A stretch of 64,000 bases of DNA from a bacterium. Lineage in GTDB: Bacteria > JAUVQV01 > DATDCY01. Positions 1 to 9,400 of this stretch are shown here, piece by piece. Position 1 is the stretch's first letter, and each line of letters opens with the position of its first letter. The position numbers were made by a program, and so were the translations under genes. Under the pieces are notes generated by a model that saw only the letters and a program-made list of their open reading frames with translations, did no database searches and had not been told where the DNA came from. The DNA lies in contig DATDCY010000012.1 of NCBI GenBank assembly GCA_036524115.1, forward strand, positions 22,396 to 86,395, written 5' to 3'.

Positions 1-158
1 GCTCCACCTTCGCGCGCCGCGGCGGCCGCTGGTACTTCGTCGACGGCCGGGAGGTCAAGCCGAAACCGGTGGTGCGCGAGAGCCCGAAGATCGGGCGCAA
101 CGATCCGTGCCCCTGCGGCAGCGGGAAGAAGCACAAGAAGTGTTGCGGGGCGGCCTGA
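1..158 (+). CDS. 3' end of a SEC-C motif protein, probably the SecA C-terminal zinc-binding tail (partial; start lies outside the window)
   Basis: Frame 3 reads ...[26 protein letters not shown] and stops with TGA at 156-158. CPCGSGKK(H/Y)K.CCG is the classic SEC-C metal-binding motif found at the SecA C-terminus and in YchJ. Confidence 0.5.
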   Translation, partial: STFARRGGRWYFVDGREVKPKPVVRESPKIGRNDPCPCGSGKKHKKCCGAA

Positions 159-160
159 CC

Positions 161-724
161 GTGGAGCTCGGCCAGGCGCTCCGCAGCCGCCGCTCCTGCC
201 GCCGCTACCTGCCGGACGCGGTGCCGCGCGCCGCGCTCGAGCGCGTGGTCGAGGCCGCGACGTGGGCGCCCTCGGGCAAGAACCGGCAGAACTGGCGGAT
301 CTTCGTCGTTCAGGGCGGGGCGCGCGACCGCCTCGCAGAGATCTCGGGCCGCTCGTTCGCCTTCCACGAGGATTCGCTGCGCCGGCTCTACCAGGAGAAG
401 ACGGTCGAGTTCACCCGCGGGTTCTTTCGCGACTTCGGCGGCGCGCCGGTCGTGCTCGTCTTCTACACGGAGCCGACGGAGGACGGGCCGTTCGTCGACC
501 TCCAGGCGGGCGCCGCCGCGGTCGAGAACGCCCTGCTCGCCTGCGTGGACGAGGGGCTGCAGGGGTGCTGGATGACGGCGCCGGTGCGGTTCGCCGACGA
601 GATCGCCGCGTTGCTCGACGCGCACGGCCTGGATCTGGTGGCCGTGGTGCCGGTCGGCTACCCGGCGCGCCAGGCGCCCGAGCCGCCCCGGCGCCCCGAC
701 CGCATCACCTGGGTCGGCTTCTAG
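161..724 (+). CDS. Nitroreductase family protein (NAD(P)H-flavin oxidoreductase-like)
   Basis: The ORF track entry 107..724 contains RSRRSCRRYLPDAVPRAALERVVEAATWAPSGKNRQNWRIFVV, the typical nitroreductase N-terminal signature (RRS.R.F ... A.WAPS..N.Q.W). The track's ATG at 107 lies inside the SEC-C gene in another frame. GTG 161, giving VELGQALRSRRSCRRY, is the more plausible start; it remains uncertain. Confidence 0.7.
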   Translation: MELGQALRSRRSCRRYLPDAVPRAALERVVEAATWAPSGKNRQNWRIFVVQGGARDRLAEISGRSFAFHEDSLRRLYQEKTVEFTRGFFRDFGGAPVVLVFYTEPTEDGPFVDLQAGAAAVENALLACVDEGLQGCWMTAPVRFADEIAALLDAHGLDLVAVVPVGYPARQAPEPPRRPDRITWVGF

Positions 725-869
725 CCGGCCGCCGATACGGGGCCATCGGCGGCTCCTTGCCCGTGCGAGCCGCGCGAGTGCGGGAATCCCTGCGGCGGCC
801 ACCAGGCCGCCTCAGTCGCCGGATCGTCAGGCTCCTTGCATCTGACCCCTTCTCGGCGGCCGGCAACCC

Positions 870-1451
870 TCAGCGGTCCCCGGGTTGAGCGAGCGATGAC
901 TTACCCGGGCGGGCGGCGCGGTCCATCAAGGCGGTGAGAGTGCGCCAGTCGCAGGCCATCAGGTTCACGGCGAGGGCATCGACGAGCCTGCGCTGCAGCC
1001 ACTGCTCCTGGTCGGCGGGCTCCGTCACCCCGTGGAAGGGGAGCATCTCGCGGTAGGCCCGCGCGAGCAGGCCGGCGGGCGGCGTGAGCAGATCCGCGCG
1101 GCGGACGTGGAACGGGTCCTCACCCTCGGCGCACGGCCGTCCGAAGACCGTGAAGAGACGGCAGGCGAGGGGACGCACCGGGTGCACGGCGCAGGAGTCG
1201 TCGACGAGGAAGGGGCAGGGGCCGCCGCGCGCGTGGGCCGCGAGCCTGGCGCGCACGGCTTCGCGGCTGGCGCCGGTCAGCCCCTCGGCGCAGTGCCAGG
1301 AGATGCCGGTCAGCTCGATCGGCAAAGCCGGGACGTCGCTCTGGTGGCGGCAGCAGACCGAGCAACCGCGCCGGCACGCGCGCCGCGCACCCCGGCGCCG
1401 CTCCTCGGCGCGCACCGCCTTCTCGATGCCGGCGTCCGCGACCGCGTGCAT
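870..1451 (-). CDS. YkgJ/UPF0153-family CxxCxxCC putative Fe-S or zinc cluster protein
   Basis: This is the C-terminal 193 codons of the artefactual 618-aa track ORF 870..2726. It reads MHAVADAGIEKAVRAEERRRGARRACRRGCSVCCRH...CPFLVDDSCAVHPVRPLACRLF. The C..C..CC plus CPFL...C.IY..RP..CR.F pattern is that of PF03692. The start codon (cat on the plus strand at 1449-1451) was checked. Confidence 0.55.
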   Translation of the reverse strand: MHAVADAGIEKAVRAEERRRGARRACRRGCSVCCRHQSDVPALPIELTGISWHCAEGLTGASREAVRARLAAHARGGPCPFLVDDSCAVHPVRPLACRLFTVFGRPCAEGEDPFHVRRADLLTPPAGLLARAYREMLPFHGVTEPADQEQWLQRRLVDALAVNLMACDWRTLTALMDRAARPGKSSLAQPGDR

Positions 1452-1492
1452 GCGCCGCAGCAGCGGCAGCCACGGCGGCTGCGCCCCGCCGG

Positions 1493-2719
1493 TCACGTCC
1501 CGTGACGTTTCCGGTAATTCTGGAGGAAGTTCGCGATCCGGCCGATCGCCTCGGTCAGGTCGTCGACGTTCGGCAGGAAGACGACGCGCGCGTGGTTCAC
1601 ATCCGGCCAGTTGAAGCCCGAGCCCTGCACGAGCAGGACCCGCTCCTCGTTGAGCAGCTCGAGGATGAACTGCCGGTCGTCCTCGATCGGGTAGATCTGC
1701 GGGTCGAAGCGCGGGAACATGTAGAGCGCCGCCTGCGGCTTGAAGCACGTGACCCCGGGGATGGCCGTGAGCAGCCGGTGGGCCGCGTCGCGCTGGCGGC
1801 AGAGGCGCCCCTCGGGCTTCACGAGGTCGTCGATGCTCTGGTAGCCGCCGAGGGCCGTCTGGATGCCGTACTGCGCCGGGACGTTGGCGCAGAGGCGCAT
1901 CGAGGCGAGGATGTTCAGCCCGTCGATGTAGTCCGCGGCGTGGCGCTTCTCGCCCGAGACGATCATCCAGCCGGCGCGGTAGCCGCAGGCGCGGTAGTTC
2001 TTCGAGAGGCCGTTGAGCGTGACGAAGAAGACGTCGTCGGCGAGCGACGCGATCGAGGTGTGGGTGCGCCCGTCGTAGAGGACCTTGTCGTAGATCTCGT
2101 CGGAGAAGACGATGAGCTGGTTGCGGCGGGCGATCTCGACGATCTCCTGCAGCAGGGCGTCGGGATAGAGCGCGCCGGTCGGGTTGTTCGGGTTGATGAG
2201 CACGATCGCGCGCGTCCTCGGCGTGACCTTCGCGCGGATGTCCTCGAGGTCCGGCAGCCACCCGGCCTGCTCGTCGCAGCGGTAGTGGCGCGGCTGGCCG
2301 CCGCCGAGGCTCACCGCCGCGGTCCAGAGCGGATAGTCCGGCGAGGGGACGAGCACCTCGTCGCCGTTGTTGAGCAGGCCCTGCATCGCCATGACGATCA
2401 GCTCGGAGACGCCATTGCCGATGTAGATGTCCTCGAGCTGCACGTCGCGGATGCGCTTCTGCTGCGTGTAGTGCATCACGGCCTTGCGCGCGGCGAAGAG
2501 CCCCTTGGAGTCGCAGTACCCGGACGCCGCGGGCAGGTTGTAGATCACGTCCTGGAGGATCTCCTCCGGCGCCTCGAAGCCGAACGCGGCGGGGTTGCCG
2601 ATGTTCAGCTTGATGATGCGGTGCCCCTCCTCCTCGAGCCGGCGGGCGTGCTCGAGGACCGGGCCGCGGATGTCGTAACAGACGTCCGCCAGCTTGTTCG
2701 ACTTGAGTACCGGCTGCAT
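1493..2719 (-). CDS. Class I/II PLP-dependent aminotransferase, AlaA/YfbQ-like (glutamate-pyruvate type)
   Basis: KLADVCYDIRGPVLEHARRLEEEGHRIIKLNIGNPAAFGFEAPEEI...NGDEVLVPSPDYPLWTAAV aligns by eye with E. coli AlaA. The proposed start is MQPVLKSNKL at 2719, preceded by AAGGAG 8 nt upstream. The track's extra 65 N-terminal residues are Arg/Pro-rich read-through. Confidence 0.8.
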   Translation of the reverse strand: MQPVLKSNKLADVCYDIRGPVLEHARRLEEEGHRIIKLNIGNPAAFGFEAPEEILQDVIYNLPAASGYCDSKGLFAARKAVMHYTQQKRIRDVQLEDIYIGNGVSELIVMAMQGLLNNGDEVLVPSPDYPLWTAAVSLGGGQPRHYRCDEQAGWLPDLEDIRAKVTPRTRAIVLINPNNPTGALYPDALLQEIVEIARRNQLIVFSDEIYDKVLYDGRTHTSIASLADDVFFVTLNGLSKNYRACGYRAGWMIVSGEKRHAADYIDGLNILASMRLCANVPAQYGIQTALGGYQSIDDLVKPEGRLCRQRDAAHRLLTAIPGVTCFKPQAALYMFPRFDPQIYPIEDDRQFILELLNEERVLLVQGSGFNWPDVNHARVVFLPNVDDLTEAIGRIANFLQNYRKRHGT

Positions 2720-2916
2720 TGCGCACTCCTTTGCGGCAGGGGCGCCGGCCACCCGGCGCGTTTTTCCCCGCTTTTCCCTACTATGCTGCCAGTTGATCCT
2801 CCCGTCAACGCCCCGCGGCGCCGGGAGGGGCGCGCCCGGCGACGGCGGCGCCCCGGACCGGGCCCGGACCGGCCGGGTTGACACGGCCCCGGCCGCGCCG
2901 GAGAATTCCCCCAATC

Positions 2917-3669
2917 ATGCCCGAGACTGTCGCTGAGAGCGTGCTCGTCGGTGTCGGCGTCGACGCGGAGGATGTGCGGCGCTTCGCGAAGATCGCGGCC
3001 GGGGCCCCGCGCTGGCGGCTGGTCTTCACCGAGAGAGAGGCCGAGCATCTCGCGGCGCAGCCCCGCCCCGCGCTCGCGTTCTGCGCGGCGTTCTGCGCGA
3101 AGGAGGCGGTGTGCAAGGCGCTCGGGGAGCGCTACCCCTTCGTCGAGTGCGAGTGCCGCTTCCCCGGCGGGGGGCGCAGCCTGGAGGTCATCGCGGCGCC
3201 CGCGCTGCTCGAGAGCCGCGGCATCGCGGGCATCCGGGTGCACCTGCGCGAGCACTATCCCGACGAGCGCGGGGAGTGCGTCGTCGAGGCCTACCTCTAC
3301 CGGGGCGCGCCGGAGGGGGCCGAGGCGCTCCCGGCAGCCCGCTCCCGGCTCAAGTCGCTCGCGGTCGCGGCGGCCGCGCGGGGCAGGGCGCAGATCGAGG
3401 CCCGGCACTTCTCTCCGGCGGAGCTGGCCGACCTCGGCGAGCGCTCCGTGCAGAGTGTGGCCGGCTTCCTCGCCCTCAAGAGCGCCCTGGTCGTGCTCTG
3501 GGCCGACGCGGGCGCCCCGCTCCCCGTGCCCCGCGACTTCGAGCTTCGCCACCAGCCCGGCGGCGCACCCGTCGTCGTGAGCGCGCCGCCCGGCCCCGGG
3601 GGGGTCCATGTGTCGATCTCGCACACGCGGGCATGGGCGTACGGACTGGCGGCGCTGTGTCCCGCGTGA
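2917..3669 (+). CDS. 4'-phosphopantetheinyl transferase superfamily protein (Sfp/AcpS-like)
   Basis: VLVGVGVDAEDVRRF (GxD-containing PPTase motif), later FLALKSALVVLW (the W/FxxKEA motif) and SISHTRAWA. The first in-frame ATG is 2917 (MPETVAES). The track ORF starts at TTG 2878. Confidence 0.5.
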   Translation: MPETVAESVLVGVGVDAEDVRRFAKIAAGAPRWRLVFTEREAEHLAAQPRPALAFCAAFCAKEAVCKALGERYPFVECECRFPGGGRSLEVIAAPALLESRGIAGIRVHLREHYPDERGECVVEAYLYRGAPEGAEALPAARSRLKSLAVAAAARGRAQIEARHFSPAELADLGERSVQSVAGFLALKSALVVLWADAGAPLPVPRDFELRHQPGGAPVVVSAPPGPGGVHVSISHTRAWAYGLAALCPA

Positions 3670-3701
3670 GCGCGCGGGCGGGTGCGGGCCGAGCACGCGG
3701 C

Positions 3702-4538
3702 GTGACGGACCGGGGGCCGATCGGCATCTTCGATTCCGGCTTCGGCGGCCTGACGGTCTTCAAGGGGATCCGCCGGCTGCTGCCGGAGTACGACTACGTC
3801 TACCTCGGCGACAACGCGCGGACGCCGTACGGCAACCGCTCCTTCGAGGCGGTGCTGCGCTTCACGCTCGAGGGCGTCGCGCGCCTCTTCGCGCTCGGCT
3901 CCCCGCTGGTGATCATCGCCTGCAACACCGCCTCGGCCAAGGCGCTGCGCACGATCCAGCAGGGGTACCTCGCGGCCAGGCACCCCGACCGGCGCGTCCT
4001 CGGCGTGATCCGCCCCACCGTCGAGGCGGTGGACGAGCACTCGACGTCCGGCGCGGTGGCGCTCTGGGCGACGCAGGGGACGGTGCAGTCCGGCAGCTTC
4101 GCCATCGAGCTGGCGAAGCACGCGCCGCGGGTGCGCCTGACGCAGCAGGCCTGCCCGCTGCTCGTTCCCCTGATCGAAGCCGGCGAGCTGGAGGGGCCGG
4201 GCCTCGAGCACTTCATCCGCACGTACTGGGAGGCGACGCTGGCGCAGGACGGCGGGGTCGACACCCTGCTGCTCGGCTGCACGCACTACCCGCTCATCCG
4301 CGGGCGGATCGAGGCGCTGATCGCGCCGGGGGTGAAGGTGCTCTCGCAGGACGAGCTGGTCGCCCCGCGGCTGGCGGACTACCTGCGGCGGCACCCGGAG
4401 ATGGACGCGCGCCTCGCCCGCCACGGCCGCTGCCGCTTCCTGACCACCGATTCGAGCGCGCACTTCGACCACCTCGCGGAGATCTTCATGGGGCACCCGA
4501 TCGCCTCCGAGAGCGTGGAGCTCGCGCCCGTCCGCTGA
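3702..4538 (+). CDS. murI: Glutamate racemase
   Basis: PIGIFDSGFGGLTVFKGIRRLLPEYDYVYLGDNARTPYGNRS...VIIACNTASA...LLGCTHYPLI carries the canonical MurI motifs, including both catalytic Cys regions. Start is uncertain. GTG 3702 sits 6 residues before PIGIFDSG. GTG 3666 overlaps the upstream stop as GTGA, and ATG 3633 is also in frame. The track ORF start at 3111 is read-through across the PPTase gene. Confidence 0.8.
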   Translation: MTDRGPIGIFDSGFGGLTVFKGIRRLLPEYDYVYLGDNARTPYGNRSFEAVLRFTLEGVARLFALGSPLVIIACNTASAKALRTIQQGYLAARHPDRRVLGVIRPTVEAVDEHSTSGAVALWATQGTVQSGSFAIELAKHAPRVRLTQQACPLLVPLIEAGELEGPGLEHFIRTYWEATLAQDGGVDTLLLGCTHYPLIRGRIEALIAPGVKVLSQDELVAPRLADYLRRHPEMDARLARHGRCRFLTTDSSAHFDHLAEIFMGHPIASESVELAPVR

Positions 4539-4555
4539 AGCGGGACGCCTGACGT

Positions 4556-4575
4556 GCCCGCGCCCCCGCGCGGGC
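4556..4575. terminator. GC-rich hairpin between convergent murI and plsC-like genes (terminator-like, no U-tract)
   Basis: gcccgcgc-cccc-gcgcgggc forms a perfect 8-bp stem with a 4-nt loop. It lies in the 43-nt gap between convergent 3' ends. Confidence 0.3.
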
Positions 4576-4581
4576 GGCGCT

Positions 4582-5202
4582 TCACGTGGCCAGGAGCGAG
4601 CCGATCCGCTCCATGAGGAGGGCCGCCGCCTCGTCGAGGTGGCCCCTGCCGCGGTGTTCCGCCCAGGCGGCGGGGAAGGCCAGCGGCGGGCCGATGCGGA
4701 CCGCGATCGGTCCCGGACGCGGCACGCGGTGGTGCCGGGAGTACGCCCTGAAGGAGCCGGCGATCGCGACCGGTAGGAGCGGGACGCCGGCGCGCAGGGC
4801 CAGCAGCGCGGCCCCGGGCCTGGCGGCCTTGAGCGAGCCGTCGTCCGACCGTCCTCCCTCGGGGAAGATGCCGAGGACCGATCCCGCCCGCAGGGCCTCC
4901 AGCGCGCGGCGCAGCGAGCCGAGGTCGCGCGGCGCGTTCTCGACGGGGATGGCGCCGGTGCGCGTGGCGATCCAGTGCACCAGCGGCCGCACGTACTGCG
5001 CGCGGTCGACGATGAACCGGACCGGCCGCGGGCAGGCGATGGCGAGCACGATGGGGTCGACGTAGCTCGCGTGGTTCGCGGCGAGGATGCAGGGGCCGGC
5101 GGCCGGCACGTGGCCGGCGCCCTCCACCCGGAGGCGGAAGTACCACCGGGGCAGCATGGAGAGCGCCCGCAGCGCCCGGTAGAAGGGCGTCTCGTCGATC
5201 AC
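4582..5202 (-). CDS. 1-acyl-sn-glycerol-3-phosphate acyltransferase (PlsC/LPLAT family)
   Basis: NHASYVDP (HX4D acyltransferase motif), GIFPEGGRS (FPEG motif) and PGAALLA. Confidence 0.75.
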   Translation of the reverse strand: MIDETPFYRALRALSMLPRWYFRLRVEGAGHVPAAGPCILAANHASYVDPIVLAIACPRPVRFIVDRAQYVRPLVHWIATRTGAIPVENAPRDLGSLRRALEALRAGSVLGIFPEGGRSDDGSLKAARPGAALLALRAGVPLLPVAIAGSFRAYSRHHRVPRPGPIAVRIGPPLAFPAAWAEHRGRGHLDEAAALLMERIGSLLAT

Positions 5203-5325
5203 GAGCCAACGCTACCAGATGGCGCCGCCCCGGGCCAGACGCCGCCGGCAGACGCGCGGGGACCGTGCCCTGCGGGGCGGCGCGCCTCGCGCGGAGGAGC
5301 CGAAAAGGGGTATGCTCCCCGGACC

Positions 5326-6264
5326 ATGACGGCGGCCAATACTTCGCGGCGGGCGACGCTGCTCGGCGTCGGCTCGATCCTGTTCTGGTGCTGGAGCGGC
5401 GCGTGCTTCGCGCGGGGCGGACGCATCTTCGGCCCCGGGGTCTACCTGACCCTGATGACGGCCACCGGCGCAGCGACCGACGCGCTGCTGCACGTGCTGC
5501 GCGGGCGCCCCCTGGCGGCGCTGTATCGCCTTCCCGTCCGCTTCATCGCCGCGGGGGCTGTCGGCGTGGCGGTCTACACGGTGCTGCTGGCGCTGGCGCT
5601 CTTCGCGGCCGCCCCCGCGGACCTCGGGCAGGTGAACCTGCTGAACTATCTCTGGCCGATCTGGATCGTGGTCTTCTCCAACGTGCTGCTGCCCGAGCGC
5701 GGCGGCCGGGCCGCGCTCTTCGGCGCGCTCCTCGGCTTCGCCGGCGTGCTCGCCGCGCGCGGGCCGGAAGGGCTCCTGCGCCTGCCCGAGCGCTGGCTCC
5801 CGCACCTGCTCGCGCTCGCGGCCGGCGCCCTCTTCGCGCTCTACTGCGTCCTCATCCGGCGCTGGCGCATCCCCGCGGAGCAGGAGGGCACGGCGCTGAA
5901 CTTCGGCCTCTGCGCCGCGATGTCCGCCGCGCTGGCCGGCTGGCGCGGCGAGTGGTCAGCGCCCATCGCCTTCAGCCCCGAAGGGCTCTTCTGGGTCGTC
6001 TTCGGCGGCGTCGGTCCGGTTGCGCTCGGCTACCACTGGTGGGAGGCCGGGATGAAGCTCGGCAACGCGCGCCTGCTCGGCACCCTGGCGTACCTGATCC
6101 CCGTCGGCTCCAGCGTCATCCTCGGCCTGCTCTACCGGGAGGCGCTCGGCCCGGGGCTCTTCGCCGGCGCGGCGCTCATCGCGCTGGGCGCCTGGGCCGG
6201 CAACCGCACCCCGATCCGCGCGCACGTGCGGATCCAGCGGAACAGACCTGGTGATATGCCCTGA
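5326..6264 (+). CDS. EamA/DMT-superfamily transporter
   Basis: About ten hydrophobic helices in two EamA-like halves (LGVGSILFWCWSG..., ...GYHWWEAGMKLGNARLLGTLAYLIPVGS). The real start is probably ATG 5326 (MTAANTS). The track ORF 4975.. is upstream read-through. Confidence 0.6.
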   Translation: MTAANTSRRATLLGVGSILFWCWSGACFARGGRIFGPGVYLTLMTATGAATDALLHVLRGRPLAALYRLPVRFIAAGAVGVAVYTVLLALALFAAAPADLGQVNLLNYLWPIWIVVFSNVLLPERGGRAALFGALLGFAGVLAARGPEGLLRLPERWLPHLLALAAGALFALYCVLIRRWRIPAEQEGTALNFGLCAAMSAALAGWRGEWSAPIAFSPEGLFWVVFGGVGPVALGYHWWEAGMKLGNARLLGTLAYLIPVGSSVILGLLYREALGPGLFAGAALIALGAWAGNRTPIRAHVRIQRNRPGDMP

Positions 6265-6390
6265 CCCGAGGTGATTGCACCGCACGTCGACACGGAAGGA
6301 CTTGTCAGGAACCACCCGCAGCAGGCGCCAAGGTCGAAGCACGGCGAAATGCGGGATGAACCGAAGCACGATAACAAGTCTGCTTTTCCG

Positions 6391-6410
6391 ATCCGCGCCT
6401 GCGCGCGGAT
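6391..6410. terminator. Hairpin between convergent EamA and peptidase genes
   Basis: atccgcgc-ctgc-gcgcggat, an 8-bp stem. Only a short T-run flanks it on either strand. Confidence 0.25.
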
Positions 6411-6423
6411 TTCGCGGCGGGGA

Positions 6424-9400
6424 TCAGCGCGGGACGAGCTGAGCCTCGGCGGTCCGCTCCTCCCCGCCGCGGGTGAACCGCAGTGCGACCTTTCCCGGCT
6501 GCAGTGCCTTGAGCTCGGCCGAGAGCGCCTTGAGCCCGGCCAGCGCCCTGCCGTCGATCGCCAGCAGGATGTCGCCGGCGTGCAGGCCGGCGGCCTCCGC
6601 GGGGGAGCCGGAGACGACGCCGTCGAGGCGCACGCCGGGCCCGGTGAACGCGAAGTCGGGCACGACGCCGAGGCTGACCTTGCGCTCGCCCTCGCCGGCG
6701 GGCCCTGGCTGCGGGCCTGCCGCGGGCGGCGCGGCAGTGTCCGGCGGCGTCAGGCGCGCCTCCGCGCCGGCGAGGTGGCCGACGACTTCGGCCGCCAGCC
6801 CCGCGATCTTCACGAGGCCCGCCCCGTCGATCCTGTCCGCGGTGTCGCCCGGGCGGTGGTAGTCCGGGCTCGGCCCGCCGAAGATCTGCACGGCCGGCAC
6901 GCCCGCGGCGCGCCACGTCACGTCGTCGCTCGCGTCGAGGTCGCCTGCGGCAAGCGCGGTCTCCACGCCCGCGAGGTAGCCGGCGCCGCGGAAGATGTGC
7001 ACCCACTCGCGCGCAGACGCGCCCCCGAGGATCAGCGCCTTGCGGCCCTCGAGGCGCCCGACGGTGTCGAGGTTGACCATCGCGAACGTCCGGTCCGCGC
7101 CGTATTCCGGCCGGGAGAGGAAGTGCTTCGAGCCGAGTCGTCCCTGCTCCTCGCCCGCGAACGCGACGAAGACAACGGTGCGCGCGGGCGGCGCCTCCTT
7201 CCAGAGGGTGCGCGCCAGCTCGAGCATCACGGCCACGCCGCTGGCGTTGTCGTCCGCGCCGGGGTGGGTCCGGCCGCGGTTCTCGGGGAGACAGCCGGGA
7301 TCGCCGAGGCCGAGGTGGTCGTAGTGCGCGCCGATCACCAGCAGGGCCCGCGGCAGCTCGGGGCGCGAGCCCGGGAGCACGCCGACGACGTTCTTGAGCG
7401 ACGCCTCGCGCGCCGGGGCGCCGCCGCTCGCCGCGAAGGCCTGGAACCACGTCCCGCCGTCGCCCCCGGGGCGCAGGCCGGCGGCGGCAAACGCCGCAGC
7501 GATCAGCTCCGCGGCCCGGTCCAGCTCCGGCGCGCCGAAGCCCCGGCCGCACAGCCCCGGGTCGGCAAGCGCCCGCACGTCGCCGAGCATCCGCTCCTGG
7601 GAAAAGCGCGGCGGCAGCGTTGCCAGCGGCGTGCGCGGCGGCAGCTTCCCGGGCGCGGGCGGCGCCCCGCCCGGAGCAAGAACGCGCGTCAGGGGCGAGC
7701 CCGACGTCGGCCACAGCCCCTTGGCGATGTTCGCGGGCTCGGCGCCCTCGAAGGCGAGGAACCCGTACTTCCCGTAGTGCGGCAGCTTGCGCCCGAGCCC
7801 CTCGGCGGCTGCCGGGACGTCGAGCGCCGCCCAGGAGAGAGTGAGCGCGGGGTCCGCGGGGTGGCGCGCGCACAGCACGAAGGCGTTGCCGCGCCGTGCG
7901 ATGGGCGCCTGCTCGAGCCGCACGTCGTTCTCGCCGAAGACGGCGCCGAGCGCGGCCGCGGCGTCCCGCGCCGCCGGGAAGAAGCGGTTCTCCCAGCCGA
8001 GGACGAACACCGCGCGGTCGCGGGGCAGCTCGGCGAGCGCGGCGTCCTCCACCGTCTCGACGCGCCCCGGCCCCGAGTGCTCCAGCAGGCCGGCGAGCGT
8101 GCGGTACGCGGCGGCGAGGTCGGGTGGCGCCGCGGCGGGGAGGACGACGAGCGCCTGTTCCGCGCCGAACGCGCGGCTGAGGGACGGCGGCGTCTCGTGC
8201 ACGTCGAGGCGCCGAAAGACGTCGAACGCCGGGTCCACGTCGACGCGCACCGGCTTTCCGGGGAGGTCGCGGACCGTCGTCTCCGCCGTGCGGCCGGTCA
8301 TCTCGACGACCGCGGTGACCGCCTGCGCCGAGCCCTCGACCGTGACCGCCAGCGGCACGCGCATCCGGTAGGGCGCGCCCTCCTGCGCCTGCTCGATGAC
8401 CACGGCCAGGTCGCGGTCCCCGGCGCCCGCGGGCCGAGCTTCCCGCAGTCGCAGCTGTGGCGCGCCCGTGCGGGTCACCCACTGGTCGAAGAACCAGCCG
8501 AGGTCGCGTCCGGCCGCGCGCTCGAAGGCGGCCCGCACGTCCGCGAACGACGCCGTGCTGAAGCGCTTCTCGCGCCAGAACCCCCGCAACCCCGCGACGA
8601 AGGCGTCGTCGCCGATCTCGAGGCGCAGCATGTGAAAGAGCATCAGCGTCTTGCCGTAGCCGACCGCCTCGGTCACCGAGCCGTGCCGCGAGCGGAACGC
8701 GGTGAGGGGCAGGTCGCGCCCCGCGAGGACGAAGTCCGCGTACTTCTGCAGCGTCGTCCGCCGGTACTCGGCCCCCTCGCCGCGCTGCTCCTTGTCGAGA
8801 TGGTCGGCGAGGTACGCCGTGAGTCCCTCCGACCAGTTGCCGGACCCGTAGTCGACGAAGACGCCGTTGCCCCACCAGGAGTGCAGGATCTCGTGCGGGA
8901 ACGAGGTGTGCAGGATGAACGGGAAGCGGATGACCTTCGGGCCCAGCAGCGTGAACGAGGGCATGCCGTAGCCGGTCTCCCAGAAGTTCTCGACGGTCGA
9001 CCAGGTGCCGTAGGGGTAGGGGCCGATGAGCTTCGCGTACAGGTCGAGGTAGCCGGTGGTCGCATCCAGGTACTGGCGCGCAAGGGCGCCGTCAGGCTCT
9101 CGCAGGAAGACCAGCGCCTCCACGTCGCCCGCCCGGTCGCGATACTCTGTCCAGCGGTCGGCGACGAGGGCGATGTCGTCCTGCGGCACCTCGCACGCCC
9201 AGCGCACCCGCCGCCGCCCCGCTTCGACCGCGTGCGCCGTGCGGCTCCCCTGGCTCACGGCGTCCCAGCCCTCGGGGAGGTCGACGGCGAGCGAGAACGT
9301 CACGGTGCCCCCCGCCTCGAGCGCCGGGTACCAGCCCGAGGCGCCCGTGAGGAAGACGCCGGCGTCCGAGATCGTCCCGCGCGTTTCCTTCTGCCCCCGG

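Noticed and set aside
107-160. ATG 107 start for the nitroreductase
   Set aside because: It lies inside the SEC-C motif coding region in another frame and encodes [16 protein letters not shown] before the conserved N-terminus. GTG 161 is preferred, but the call is not certain.
870-2726. Single 618-aa minus-strand ORF
   Set aside because: It is a fusion artefact. The aminotransferase (1493..2719, frame of ORF 1493..2914) and the YkgJ-like gene (870..1451) are the real units. The middle of the 618-aa translation is Arg-rich nonsense.
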